Shown here: piece after piece, positions 36,495 through 50,100 of the stretch
How the letters are laid out: every line of letters starts with the position of its first letter
Numbering within the stretch: position 1 is the stretch's first letter
Assembly: GCA_038087875.1 (NCBI GenBank)
Contig: CM075989.1
Location: forward strand, 14,324,001 to 14,388,000
Length of the DNA stretch: 64,000 nt
Reading direction: 5' to 3'
Origin: Malacoraja senta
Taxonomy: Eukaryota
Notes under the pieces: model-generated
Seen by the model: the letters and a program-made list of their open reading frames with translations, nothing else
What the model was told of the DNA's origin: nothing
Databases searched by the model: none
Position numbers and translations under genes: made by a program

Positions 36495-37765
36495 CATCTT
36501 GTCTAAATACTGAAGCACACCCACATTATCATCTACAATTTGAGGTGGATGGAGGCATCACATCAATGAAATGAAAGTATTTTATGGCCTTCTATCGGCG
36601 TATAATGTGCAGCATTTATTCAATGACCTTAATAAAGGTATAATATCAAATTGAATGATCGGCTAATTGGATCTCTCTGTTCCCAATTATGAATTGCTCT
36701 TTTATACCTGAGGAGACATTTGTCTTCATTATTCCTGCATAATTTCAGTGCCAATGTAGTGGATGGAGACCTGTAGATTTCACAGCACAGTTATTGAAAA
36801 GATTTCCTTGATGATGGAGACCTGGTCTCCAAATTGACACATTAAAAAAAATACTGGTATAAATGCTAAGAATATTATAAAATAGCATAACTGTGTCTGG
36901 AATCCTCAACATAAAGCTATACTATTTCAATTATTATTCAATCATTTCTGCAGTATTCTTCAAGGTGAATTTATGTCCCAGTTTATATAGAGCCAGGAAT
37001 TTTGTGCTATTGTAGATACTATGTTGGTTCTTCCCTACTCACTCATAAAATAAATGTCCGCCTCTCTGGCGGCTGCCTCCAGGCGTTAAGTACCCCTGTG
37101 TTCTATTCTCTGACTTCCTTTGCTATTTGGACCATGACACAGGAACAGAATTAGGCCATTTGGCCCGTCGTGTCTACTCTGCCATACGATCATGGCCGAT
37201 CTGCTTTTCCCACTAAACTCCATTCTCCTGCCTTCTCCCCATAACCTTTGACACCCTTACTAATCAATGATTTCTCTCTCTTGCTGTCTGACAAGGTCAA
37301 AGGGCTGACTTTAATTCCATATTTCCAGTGGCAATGTGATATCAACATCTTTAAAATAACTAAATGCTCAATGCTCTATCCCATATTTCTGAGCAAGTGA
37401 CATGTTTTTCCTAAATCCATGCTGGACAGACAGGTTGGAGATTCCATACTGCGCACACATCACTAACCCCTGGGAAAAAGGAGCAGATTTGAAGGAAAGA
37501 ATGCTTTGTTAACTGGCATCAGATGAAACGGCAAAGTAGGCTCAGGTATTAAACAATAACCTTTGCGGGAAGGGTTGCACATGGCTGTGTGAACTGCCAC
37601 TGCCTTAGTCCTCACACTTCATGGTTAGTTGTAGCCTCAGATCTACAGGTAATTAATTCAGTACTCAGACTGCCCCAAATTGCAGCACCACTTTAAAACT
37701 CGGAGCACACGATCCCCCAGTAGCATGACATTGTCCATTGCCTTATTATACATGCCAGAACAAGA

Positions 37766-38072
37766 GGTGGCACAGTGGCCCAACGGTAGAGCTGCAGCCT
37801 TACAGCACAAGAGGCCAGGGTTCAATCTTGACCACGGATGCTGTCTCTGTGGAGTTTGTATGTTCTCCTTGTGACCGTGTGAGCTTTCTCTGAGTGCTCC
37901 GGTTTTCTCCCACATCCCATATTCGTGCAGGTTTGTAGGTTAATTGGCTTCTGTAAATTGCCCTAGTGTGTAGATAACATAGAACTGATGTATGGGTGAT
38001 CAGTGGTTGGCATAGACTCGGTGGACTGAGGGCCTGTTTCCATGCTCTATCTTTTAATTAAACAAAACTAAA
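37766..38072 (+). mobile_element. HE1/V-SINE-like SINE
   Basis: tRNA-like head, V-domain-like core and CR1-like tail, as at 16067. Confidence 0.85.
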
Positions 38073-39973
38073 CAGCAGCATCTGAGTCACTCGGCCCTTC
38101 AACCTTCCTCTTCCATTCAATATTGTCATTATTCATCTTCCCCAAGCCTCATCTACCCTTCTGTGCTAGTTCTACACACCACCCATTTCCATAATTTAAT
38201 GAGACCTCTCAGGGGAATTGGGACATTCCTGGTATCTTGGAAGGTGGGAGTTGGAGAGCATGGTCATGGTGGTGAGGAAAAGTGGGGTAACTGGAATATG
38301 GACTGAGTGTGCAGGTCGATCAGGGATGTCCCAACACTGGAGAGATATTGCAGGCCAGTTAGAGCTCAGCATGCTGCTATAAATGGGGGGGTAATTGTCA
38401 CCAAATGGGTTAATGGAATGAGGAAAAACGCAGTTGAATGGAGAGATAAAGAGGGAACAGAGGTTTGGAATCACCTGGAGCGTGAGAACAAAGGCAAAAA
38501 TATCTTTAAAGACTGGATGCTGCAGCAACATAATAGACAAAGATCTTCCAATTATACAAATTGTTATGGTGTGACCTTCTGGAGGCAGTTTATTCAGTCT
38601 TCTATTTATTTTGCCCACAGCAATTTTTAGTGCAGGTCTCTATAACCAGTGCAGTTTATGTTATTTAATTAATGTCACAAACAGTGAAAGATCAGTATAT
38701 TTGAACGTTACTGAATAACTGCAATACAAATTATGATTGATGAATAAATATTAATGAATACATATTTATTAAACCATCAATGCATTGAGGATAAGTAAAA
38801 CATTCAGGACAAGAAAATCCTGTGCATGGTTCTGTTTTACCTCCGTGCTATGTGAAGGTGAAGTAGTTACTCCTGAAGTGGAATGTGGATGCTATTCTGA
38901 CTATTTCTTGGTTAAATAGCATGACTCAGGAAATGTGTTTGCACACATCCACTCGTGAAATATATTTGCACCAATGACACAATTTCTGTATGAGACACAA
39001 ATAGAACAATGTAATTCCCTGGCCATTTCTCCAGGAAATTACGTCATATTGGTCTACATGAGTTGTTGTTGGACAGACTTTGAACAACCGTATTTTAATC
39101 ATATTGTTTCAGTTTGCCATGTAAATCATGGCACGTGGCAGATAAACACTCTGCATTATTTAATTGCGCCCTCTCCTTTGGCAAACACTCCCCATTCCTC
39201 CCAGTTCTAATGTAATCTTCCAACTTCCCATTTGCCCTTCAACTGTATCTCCGCCAATCATTTATCCTCTACTCCTGCATCCCTTCTCCTCCTGCCCCTG
39301 CAGGCTTACCTGCTCCTCAAAGATATGTCAGTGCACAAAGGAAAGTGAGTCAAACACATTCTGTTGCACCTGATGTCTTGTCCCAGGTGCAGCTGAGTTT
39401 GCAGTAGCAGACTGCTGGCCCAAAATAATCATTGATGCAATAATCACTGTGTAATGACCATTGAAAGCTCTCCACTGGCACAACTGAATTGCTGGTCCCG
39501 CATATGTTTGTACTCAATATAATCTTCCATTTTGAGACTTCACACTGATGGAGGGAAGGCTAACACAGTTCTGTAAATTATTTACCAGAATCATGTACAT
39601 TCCAAATATTATTAGCTGATGTGTGGTCAGGGGGTTGAATACAACAGGCTGAAACCTACTGAGTAGTTCAATCCACTTGTGAAAACCAGTACAATGTATG
39701 CGAGAGAGATGAATTTATCAAAATAAAATTGCTCACGCTAAAGGGAATCTTCAAAATGCATTAGTTACTAAACAATGTCAACCTTTCATCTTTGCATTAT
39801 AAGATCTACAATTGTTAGCTTTAATTAATGTGCATCCAAAGGTTACCTCTGGTTCAAATATATTGTTAGCAGCTATTTATTTAACTCTTGGACTTTCCTA
39901 AGGATGCGAAATACTCAAGATTTTATTTTATTAACTTTGTCATAACCTGATAATGTTTGAAGTAGAACAGAAC

Positions 39974-42060
39974 CGTAATGAGTCAACTCGAACACACATC
40001 ACGATACAACACATGTTTATTAAATCTACATACAGCATGGATCCGCAGTCATCACATCTCCGAGCTGCTACTCATTCTAACTAGTGTAAGCAGGCTCTTG
40101 ATAATATGAAGCACATAATAGGCGGAGTCACTACTAACAAACACTATAATTGGCTAGTATGAAATAGCCAATCTACATCCTTCCTTGTAGAAACAAAAAA
40201 AGCATTGGTGGCTAAGCAATATAGGTGTAATGTTAATAATACATTTGCAAAATTACACAAAATCGCCATATCTAACGGGTGGCCTGCAAGCCCTTCCGGC
40301 CTGTGTACGGTACGAGTCCGCCTCATCTCCTTTCACTGGAGAAGATATCGGGGAGGGAAATGGGGAAACGACTGGTGGCCCGACAGGCAGGGAGGGTGAT
40401 GAGATAGGCGAACTAGACGCCAAACACCGCGGGGAGACCGCAGTGGGAACAATAGGCGGCAGTGGGGACGCGGGACCGACTGTGGCAGGGTATATGAAAC
40501 GCGTGACATCAGGATACGGAGTCGCAGGACGCTGTTCCTTCACTGGAAGGATATGTTGACGGTTGCGTCTGTAGATGACTCCGTCCGCTTTGGCCAGATA
40601 AGAGCGCGGCTCTTTGGCAGGGCCATAGATGTGTCCCAGGCATGCATAGCCCTTGTTTGTCTGGAGACGGACCACTTGTCCACGAGCGAGAGGTTTGAAT
40701 GGCTTGCTGGACTTGTCGAAGAAGCGTTTCTGCGTGTCACGTTTGGATTGTAGTTGCTTCTGAACTGCAGGCGGGGAACAAACTTGTGGCTGCAAAAGCT
40801 GCTGGGATACAGGCAGAGCATGGGGTTGGCGAGACGTCAGTCGTTGGGCTGGAGAACCCAGTATGGGATCCCGCGCAATGTTCCTTAGGTTGAGCAAGTC
40901 CAGGTACACGTCTGATTTGGCAAGGTATGACTGCTCCATGAGTTGTTTTGCACTCCATACAGCGTGTTCGGAGAGTCCGTTGGACAGTGGGAACTCGGGG
41001 CTGCTGGTAATATGTTGAAAATCACATCTTTTTGCAAAGTTTTTAAAAGTTTGACTGGTGAACTGTCTGCTGTTGTCGGACTGGATACGTGCAGGGGAGC
41101 CGTGCACGGAGAGGTGGCGCTGCAACTTTTCGATTGCTGCTTCAGAAGTAGTGGTTTGAAGTAAATCGATTTTGCACCAGCCCGAGTAAGAGTCTACAAG
41201 AACCAGATAGTGTTTCCCATGCCATTCGAAGATGTCAGTGGCTAACGTGGACCATGGGAGAGGGGGTACCGGGTGCGGTAGTAAAGGCTGCTTTTGCTGA
41301 TGTGGCGTCAGGCTTTTGCAGACGGCGCAAACTTCGTTTTTTTCTTGTATGTATTTGGTCATTCCGGGCCAGTAAAACATGCTTTGTGCCCTTTGGTGGG
41401 TCGCCTCCATGCCAGGGTGGACCCTGTGGATGTCGTCAAAGTATTTGTCCTGGAGGGCTGCTGGGACCACTGCCTTGTGGCCCTTGACAATAATTCCATC
41501 CTGTAATACTAGTTCATCGCGAACCAGGAAGTATGGGCGTATCTCGAACGGGGTGTTGTGTTGTTTATCCGGCCAGCCGCAGACAGCAATTGTAAGGTCT
41601 CATCAGCAGCCGTGTGTTCTGCTAAGCTGCTCAGTCAGTTGGCACAAACGAAACCTTCATTACTGAGAATTGGTCCTGTTCGGAGAGTTGTTGTTCGTTA
41701 GTTTTATGCGGGGCTCTAGATAGCGTGTCTGCTATGTGCATGTCTTTGCCTTTCTTGTACACAATGTTGAAATCAAATCGCTGCAGTTGCATCATCATTC
41801 GCTGTAGTCGTGCTGGGCGACTACAGCGAATGATGTAGTCATCCCATTTCTGACACCATGTAATGAGTCGCCTCGAACACACATCAAGATACAACACGTT
41901 TATTAAATCTACATATAGCATGGATCCGCAGTCATCACATCTCCGAGCTGCTACTCATTCTAACTAGCGTAAGCAGGCTCTTGATAATATGAAGCACATA
42001 ATAGGCGGAGTCACTACTAACAAACACTATAATTGGCTAGTCTGAAATAGCCAATTTACA
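39974..42060 (-). mobile_element. Gypsy-type LTR retrotransposon lacking gag-PR-RT
   Basis: LTRs at 39974-40177 and 41859-42060 (about 8 substitutions and one 2-bp indel), 5-bp TSD AGAAC, PBS TGGTGTCAGAAATGGGAT next to the 5' LTR, purine tract AAGGAAGGA before the 3' LTR. Confidence 0.95.
40253..41470 (-). CDS. Gypsy integrase, 405-aa open frame
   Basis: HHCC zinc finger (IHRVHPG...CAVC) and DDE motifs LATDIF, IQSDNS, SNGLSEHAV. An RNase H tail (RLQRMMMQLQRFDF...IADTLSRAP) lies upstream in a disrupted frame. Confidence 0.92.
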   Translation of the reverse strand: MVPAALQDKYFDDIHRVHPGMEATHQRAQSMFYWPGMTKYIQEKNEVCAVCKSLTPHQQKQPLLPHPVPPLPWSTLATDIFEWHGKHYLVLVDSYSGWCKIDLLQTTTSEAAIEKLQRHLSVHGSPARIQSDNSRQFTSQTFKNFAKRCDFQHITSSPEFPLSNGLSEHAVWSAKQLMEQSYLAKSDVYLDLLNLRNIARDPILGSPAQRLTSRQPHALPVSQQLLQPQVCSPPAVQKQLQSKRDTQKRFFDKSSKPFKPLARGQVVRLQTNKGYACLGHIYGPAKEPRSYLAKADGVIYRRNRQHILPVKEQRPATPYPDVTRFIYPATVGPASPLPPIVPTAVSPRCLASSSPISSPSLPVGPPVVSPFPSPISSPVKGDEADSYRTQAGRACRPPVRYGDFV

Positions 42061-44799
42061 AGAACCATCTCAATATCAATATATTGTTCTCAGTAGTCCA
42101 TAATCAGTTGTTTCTGATCATTACCATAATTCAATGTCAATTCTTTAAGGTGCTGCCTCCTGCACCGCTCCAGAACTCCAAGGAACAACCATTATTGGTT
42201 TTAATGGTGGATTGAGAAAGCTGTGAGGTGGATCGTGACATATTTTCCTGCCTTACCAACCTCTGCACCCTCAATGCAGGTCCAGGTTCCTAAGGCATAA
42301 ATATCCAATCTTTCAATAATTATGGACTCCCAGTCCTAGATCCCAATCCTTCGCCACTTACTTGCTGCCAACAACTTCTCTCCCGCACATCTCAGCCTCC
42401 CCAGTCCATCCCCATCCCTCCACCCACTTGTGTTGCCTGGCGCTCTAACCCAGGCCACATTCCACATCCTACACTCATTGAAACTCCATCTCTAGCCAAT
42501 CTCGGATCTTTTCCAAGCAACACACATTCAAAGGTGGAAATGTGCATCAGCATGGAAACAGGCCCTACGGCCTATGACCAGCCATTAACTGTTGTGAGAG
42601 CAACTGCCTCCACTACCATCCAGATGGCAAAACTTCCTTACAGTAAACTAAAAGCAAAATTCTAATTCAGTTAATGTTGAGGAAGTGAGTTGAGCAGCAG
42701 CAGCAAGTGATCCTGCCTGTCTGATTGGAGTCCGAGGATGCTGGAGAATGCCAGTGATGGCACTCTGTTGCACAATGATCTATGTTTTACTTTGCTTCAG
42801 GTGCTCTGTATATCATAAGAGTTATCAAATCTAAATCTGTGTTGTCTCTTTTGGTCATTGTAAATTAAATCTTAATACAATATCAACTTTAACCCTTTGT
42901 GATGACTATTCCTAAATATGTGGGTCTCTAGCAAAATAAGTATTAGATAAGGCTTCTCAGGAAAATGAACTGTTTACAATTAATTTTCAAAACAATGTTT
43001 CAGAGTCAGACCACCACAATGCTCTTCTGCACCCTCTCCAAAGCCCCCGTAGATCAGATGGAAGTGTTGTCTTTAGTGATACCATTTCCTAAATATTGAG
43101 TTTTAAACAATCAAGAAGAAGGTAACCATTGACTAATTTGTTGCAATTCAAGGCATAAATTGTGTTGGAAGTTAAGCGATCTAATTGTGGTCAATAATGT
43201 TGTCAAGTAAAACTTCGCAATAAATGGCCCAATTAGTGTTGTTGCATTTGAATTCCTCTCAACCAATTTAGCTACACGTCACATTACAAACATAGGCAGA
43301 GGAACTGGATTGGAGAGGTGGGAGGTGAGTTTGCCTTTGCGTGAACACGTCACTAAAGAGCCCTGGTAGGACTAACCTGAAGTCACAGCAGGCACAAGGA
43401 CTGACTGTTATGCTGGAGGCCAATCTAATGAGCCCCCGGACATTGCTGCAGAGTTCCTGGGGATGTCCAGCTGTGATACGGATTATTGCAGAATGTTCTA
43501 CTGCGTTAAATCTTTCAGAGCACTTCCCTTGTCTTCAACTACATTCACTGCCACCCAAGATTAACATTTATCTCTTTCTCGGGTTTGACTAAGAACTCTT
43601 CATCTGAAATGTTAACTGTTGCTCATTCCACAGATGCTGCCTGACTTGTTTAATGTTTCCAACATTTTCCATGTTCTGTTTCTGTTTCATATCCTGCATG
43701 CATAAAGCTAGCCTCAGGGCAAATCTCACCACTTTACCATTAACAATGCCTAACACAGGCCTAGAATCTTAAAAGTACTGATAATTGTACCCATTAATCC
43801 TTTTCAAATCATCCTATCACAGACATTCCCTTTGTCCTCCACATTCCTCTCCCATCTTCTCTCCTCTGGAAAACTAACTTGCATCTACTTCTTTCCCAGT
43901 TCTGAGGAAGGATTGCAAGCCTGTAATGTTGTCTGTTTCTCTTTCCACAGATGCTGCCTGACCTACTGAGTTTTTACATTTTTTGGATTTGCTTCTGAGT
44001 AGTTAGATTTCAATCAGTTAGCGTTTTAAATTTATAATTTTATTGCAAAATATTTCTATTTACCAAATGAAAAAAAAATTTGAAGGTCAGTTTTGAGAGT
44101 GAATATTGTTATCGCCAAATATATAAATACTACACATTAATGAAAATACTGTAATGTCAACTTTTGCATTATTGTTGATAGACCAGGTGACACGTGGCAT
44201 TTATTAGCTACACAGGGTAAATTGTACAGAATCTCAGCATCTCAATTCGTGGGTTTTCAAGTGCTGTGGCAGAGTCAAATAAATTCATGCATCACAGTTT
44301 GTACTCCAATATTTAAGTTTAATTGAGGGGATAGAGTTACAAGCAGAAGGCATTAAAATGCTGTGAGCTATTATCTCAGAAAACCTATTGTACTGTAATA
44401 TGATGAAAAAAGCATTGGTGCAATGTTATTTCATAAAATTGATCATATTTATCTAATTAAAAAATTGATTTTGTGGAATATTTTCTACAAGGACTGGAGA
44501 GGAAACCGATCTTATTTTGTCTTATTGGCAGGGATAAAATAATGCACGAGATATGAGGCACTAAACCCTGAAGCACCCAAATCTCAAGCCTAAAATCATT
44601 GCCATAATATGTACTTTAAGTAGATTAATGTACTCAATAGGATTGTGATAATGGTAGATTTTATTAGTATGTTTTGTCCACTTCGGCTTAACTTTCACTT
44701 CTAGAATTGCACGAGCAGAAAATGTTTAAGTTATATAATATTTTAGTTGAAATTTAACAATAGCACTCAAAAGTAACACACTGACTTATTTAGTAATAG

Positions 44800-45130
44800 A
44801 GAAATACAGCATGGAACCAAGCCCTTTGACCTAGTTCGTACATGCCGACCAAGATGCCCCATCTAAACTGGTCCCATTTGCCCGCATTTGGCCCACATTC
44901 CTCTATACCCTTCCTGTCCATGTACCTGTCCAATGCTGTTATAGTATCTGCCTCAACTACCTACTCTGACAGCTTGTTCCATATGTTCACCACCCTCTGA
45001 GTGAAAAAGTTGCCCCTCAGGTTGGTATTAAACTATGCCCCTCTCACCTTATGCCTATGTCCTCTGATTTTGTTCATTCCCCTACCCTGGGTAAAAAGAC
45101 TCTGCATTCACTCTTTTTTGTATTCCCCAT
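44800..45130 (-). mobile_element. CR1 3' end fragment
   Basis: Similar to 15050-15215 and 15716-15880. Confidence 0.85.
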
Positions 45131-46999
45131 ATTTCTGATACATTCTTATGAGCCCTAGAATTGCAAAATCTTAACAAAATAATTATGTTGGAATTGATGC
45201 AGGGTTCCTATGGGAATGCCCCACTGTCCAGATGAAATAGTCAAAACTTACTGGTATATGTTCTTTAAAAAAATGGTGTTCCATTCTCTGTTGTTAGAAG
45301 ACGTGATATTATCATAAGCAAATAATCTGCAATCAGATACATGCAAATATAAGAAGACATTGGCTTAAATATAAACAATTCATGCCTCTCAAATACAGTA
45401 AAATATCAGTTCTTGCAATGGGAGGGGTACATTCTACAGTTGAAGGAAAGCATAAGTATGCGATCTTTTTTATCTTTTATTATGAAAATATAAACACTAT
45501 ACCAGTAACCTGCATTTAACCTGGAATAGTCAAAATCAATTATGTCCAAGCAGATCCAATCTTTAGTTTTAATCTTTAGGTCAGACACCAGCATTGCCAG
45601 AATGCTGTGAAGGAATAGAAGTGGTGGAAGCAATAGAAACATCAACAGAAATCACAGCAATATTTCCCTGATTTGTGCAGCTATTAAAATTTCAAAAGTT
45701 TTAATTGAAGCTTTTTGATAGTGACAGCTGTTTTAGAAAGACATTTTTATTAATCAGAGTTAATTTCATTTTGAAATAATAATAATGAATTTTGTGGAAA
45801 AATGCTAAAATCTCATTACAGCATACTGGAAGTAGCCTGAATCAATTTCTAAGTGTAAGATGGATCTGGAAAATATCAGATTAATTTTACAAGTTTAAGA
45901 GGTAAGCTGATCTATTTTGGTTAAGTACATTTGGCAACTATAATGTACCTGATGACCAAGAAAAATATTTTGTCCTTCTACCAAGCAGATCAATAAAGTT
46001 CCAACAAAAATTTCAAGGCCTGACTGATGATTTATTTTAGTAAAGGCATAGATTGGAAACATTCTTGAAGGTTGTAAAGTTCAATCAAACTTACGACAAG
46101 ATGGCATTTTTCATTTCCTTCAAGATATTTTTATTGGTAATTAAAGCTCTAAATTCTAAGTCGATCAAAAGGCTGTGTGGTTACAGATGGCAAACATGTG
46201 CACAGATTTGAGAGATTGGCAAAATGGTTTTGGAAGACTTTCAGCGGGCGTTTGTTGCTCACAGAATGACATTAGCTCAAGGCGCAAAGTCTTTTCATTA
46301 GAGGTGCCTAATTTAAAATTTGATGGGCATGCAGTCAGCTTGAATCACACTAATGATTCCTCCTGAGGGGAAGGAACCTGGGACCAGCCTTATGTCTTCT
46401 CTTGCTGCCTGCAGCTGCTCGTGGGGGGTGCACTGTTTGCTGGGAAGCTCATATGAAGTCTTTTGGGGGCAATAGAGACAATAAAAATGTGTACAGGGTT
46501 AACACAACATTTCCTGAAGGCTTTGCAGCAACAAGTAAAGAGAAGAATATCTTATTCCCATCAGAATCCCCAACACTGCTAGTGCCCGAAGCTGAACATG
46601 TCAAAGCAAGATGTTTCATCCCCAGACCATTTAGTTACAATGTATTTCGAGGGTTGTGCTGTATTATAGGAACTTAAGTGACCTTATTGAACAAAAGTTT
46701 GATTGAATTTTACAACCTTCATGAATTTTTTCAATCTATACATTCCCCGAAATAAACCATTACACAGGCTTCGGTTTAGTTGCAACATTATTGACCTGCT
46801 TGGTAGGACGGAAAATATTTTCCTGCTTGATCATCAGGTACATCGTAGATTACAAATGCACTGAACCAAAATAACAACCTTACTTATTAAACTTGCAAAA
46901 ATTCAACTGACCTTTTCCCAATCAGATAATCATTACCTTTCAGTGATCTCTCTCCTCCTTACAAACTCTGCTTTGCCTTTGTTCCTGATTGATCATCTC

Positions 47000-47910
47000 A
47001 GAGAGTTGTACAGCATACAAATACGCCTTTGGTCCACCATGTCTATGCCATCATTTTTGCTCTTCCACACAAATCACATTTGCCTGGATTAAGCACACAT
47101 TCTTCCATACCTTGCCTATTTATGTGCATGTCTAAGTGTATTTTCAACATAGTGATTGCATCTGATTCCTCCACCTACTCTGGCAGAGTATTCCAGATCT
47201 CTGTGCAAAAAAAAATTCCCATCACATCCCCTTTAAAACTTATTCCTCTGACTTCAAATCGATGCCCTCATGTTTTGTGATACCTCAGTCATGGGAAAAA
47301 GATTCTGAATATATATCCTCATTTTATATACTTCTATCAGTCATTCTCAACTTCCTTCGCTCCAGGGAAATCAAACCCAGCCTAACTAGTCTCTCTCCAT
47401 AGCTGAATACCTACAATCCAGGCAACATCCTGATGATATGAGAGACTGGAGACACAGGAATCTGGAACAAAAAAGAAAACTATTGGAGGAACTCAGCAAC
47501 ACAGATGTTTAGGGTTTGAGAATGTAGAGGGGAGACAACCACTGGAAATAGGTGAGGGGGAGGGATGAGACAGGAAGTGATATGGAACCAGGTGAGGTGG
47601 GGGAAGATGGGCAGATGGAGCCAGGTTGGAAGGAGGGGGAGGGAGTTCTGAGACAGAAGCTGATATTTGGTGGATGGAAGCGGATAAGAACACAAAATGG
47701 GCAGATGCAGCCAGACAGAAGGGGGGAGGTAGTGGCAGAGGCTGAAAAGAGATGAATGCAATACTTCTCACTTGTCTGAGTTATATTCCACCTGCTATTC
47801 CTGGGCCCACTTTACCAGTTGATCCAGATCTTGTTGTCATCTCAGACATCTTCACTGTCTGGCTGTAGGACCAATTATGGTGTCATCCTCAAACTTGCTA
47901 AGCAGCCAAC
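47000..47910 (-). mobile_element. Decayed CR1 remnants with an inserted Penelope-end-like purine-rich segment (about 47440-47760)
   Basis: CR1 3' UTR and ORF2-end similarity on the minus strand, flanking a GA-rich insert. Confidence 0.6.
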
Positions 47911-48027
47911 TACATTCTCAGGCAACTTGTTTTGCAGCAATTATCCATGCAGTGCTCCTTTACCACCATCCTGAGACCTAAACAGCTCTTATGGGTGAGA
48001 CAGAGATGCGCCTGCACCTCCTCCACC

Positions 48028-48094
48028 CATAGTTTCTTGGCCACACATAGTTTCTTGGCCACACATAGTTTCTTGGCCATAGTTTCTTGGCCAC
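48028..48094. repeat. Short tandem repeat (catagtttcttggccaca), about 4 copies
   Basis: Directly visible. Confidence 0.9.
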
Positions 48095-48605
48095 GCACAA
48101 GACTTTTATGCATTTTTCTCAGCTATGAGAATAGTAGATATTGTTTCCCTGTACCTAACTATGCAGGTACTGTAGCAAAAGGCTGAGAGAGTAGGCATGA
48201 CATTGAATTAACATGAATAGGGAAAGGCAAATTTGAATTTCATATCCACCGTGGCTATAATTATGACCATAACTCAAAGTTCCTGGTAGTTATGTGTCAT
48301 AATATGTGATCATACTGACATTATTCACCAGATTTTTAATTTTATCATTCTTTTCTCTCTTAAACTTATTGCACAGGCTATCAATTTCAAAAGTATAATA
48401 GTGGGAATTTGCATGGAACAAAAGGGAAATGGTGAGAGTAATCTACACTATCAATATGTTAATAATTTAGTACGTTTAATAATGGTTTTGTATCATTCAA
48501 AAGAAACATTAGGCTCGACCAATGGTACACTTTAAAATATAAAAATAATTATCCTTTTATGACTGCTGTTCTCATTCAATATAATATTACTGTGCTTTAT
48601 AACAG

Positions 48606-48732
48606 AACATGAAAAACATCGATTATGCAAGAGTGCCGATTATATGAATTTGCACTTCAAAGTAAAATGGTTTTATAATGAATATGTGCAAGATCTTCCA
48701 GGTTCCAAAGATGCAGTGGCGGAATATTCTTT
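48606..48732 (+). CDS. UNC13C: UNC13C-like coding exon ([42 protein letters not shown])
   Basis: Acceptor ataacAG, donor GTaagt, 127 bp, phase 1/2. [10 protein letters not shown] and KDAV.EYS resemble UNC13C. Confidence 0.95.
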
Positions 48733-49799
48733 GTAAGTAATGAAATTTATATTCATTTCTATGATGCAGAACATTACCTGAGGGTAATCTTAGACAGTCT
48801 GATGCATTTAGGTTTATAAATCTAAATTATTTAAATATTATCTTTAAAACGCAAATTATGGTACTCATGTGTTTGTATTGTTGGAATTGCAATTACATTT
48901 AAAATAAGCCTCCATTTATTTGACGGGAGTAATTCTGAGGAGCAAGGGTGAAACTTGACTCGTGGTTCACCAACCCAATTAGATTTTTGCTTCTGATTCA
49001 TTATTGTCCATTTTGAGCTGGAGCTCTTACCTCCTGGTGTGCCCAACCAATCAGACTGGTGAATATATAGATATGCTTGTTCTATATGTGGCTGATTGTG
49101 CAAATCTTAAGCTTACATAGATCTAGAGCCTTGGATACATCCAGATTTCCAATCCTGTTTATGCCTTAGGATGTATCTTATTTATACTACTTTCCAATGA
49201 AAGTTTTGTGTTATACAAATGCTTCGAAGCTTTGTATTTCTATGATTTCATTTCATGAGTGGTTGAAATTATATGTGCTTCTCTTTGTCCAGTCAGAGAG
49301 TCTGGAAGTAAGGATTTTGTTGCTGATTAAGCAATACAAGTGGCACTGTGTTGCTCTGCGAAGAGAGAAACACTGAGATGATTTGATTTATCCTGCAGCA
49401 TTGTGGCTTCTCCTTGCGTGAGACAGATTATGGGGACTCGGTTAGCCCGAGGGCCTGTTCTTGCTGTATGATTCTATGAATTAAGATGGCCAACACCATG
49501 TGCTCTGTGAGATAGCTGTGGGTTTGTAGATATGAAAGCAAAACAAACATGGAGCACAAACTCACAGAATAGAGGTTAAATTATATAATAACAAACAGGC
49601 AAATTAGTAGACAATAATAGATAAAGTACAAAATAATGCCCCCAAGCCTATTTGAAAGTGGCAGTGTTTAATGAGGAGCGCTGACGGCCATAGGGTTTTA
49701 TCCTGACCCTGGTCATAATCAGGGTCATCTAAATCCTTTCAACAATTTCTCCACCAATTCATTTAGGTGAAACCTATCATTTATACCTATCATTTAAAT

Positions 49800-50100
49800 G
49801 GTGTAGAATGAGGGCATTCAGAGTTTGCAATCTGGGTGATTACATCCGCAGGAAGTGCCTCCAAATTGACCGGCTGGCGTGCCAGGTTTTGGAGGCTGAG
49901 CATCAGCTGAATGCTCTGCAGTGCATTCACCAAACTGAAAGTAATTGATTACATATTTTTAGAGGAGGTCACCTGCCAGTTGAAGGAAAGAAAGTCGCAG
50001 AAGGAATGGTTGACCACCAGGCAGAAGAAGGAAGGCAGCCAGCTGGTCAAAACACATCTCAGTCCAAAACTATTTCTCCATATTGGGCATTAATGTATTT
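49800..50100 (+). mobile_element. Decayed CR1 ORF1 N-terminal fragment (zinc finger/coiled coil)
   Basis: DYIRRKCLQ...QVLEAEHQLNALQCI...FLEEVT...EWLTTRQKK resembles CR1 ORF1 N-termini. Confidence 0.6.
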
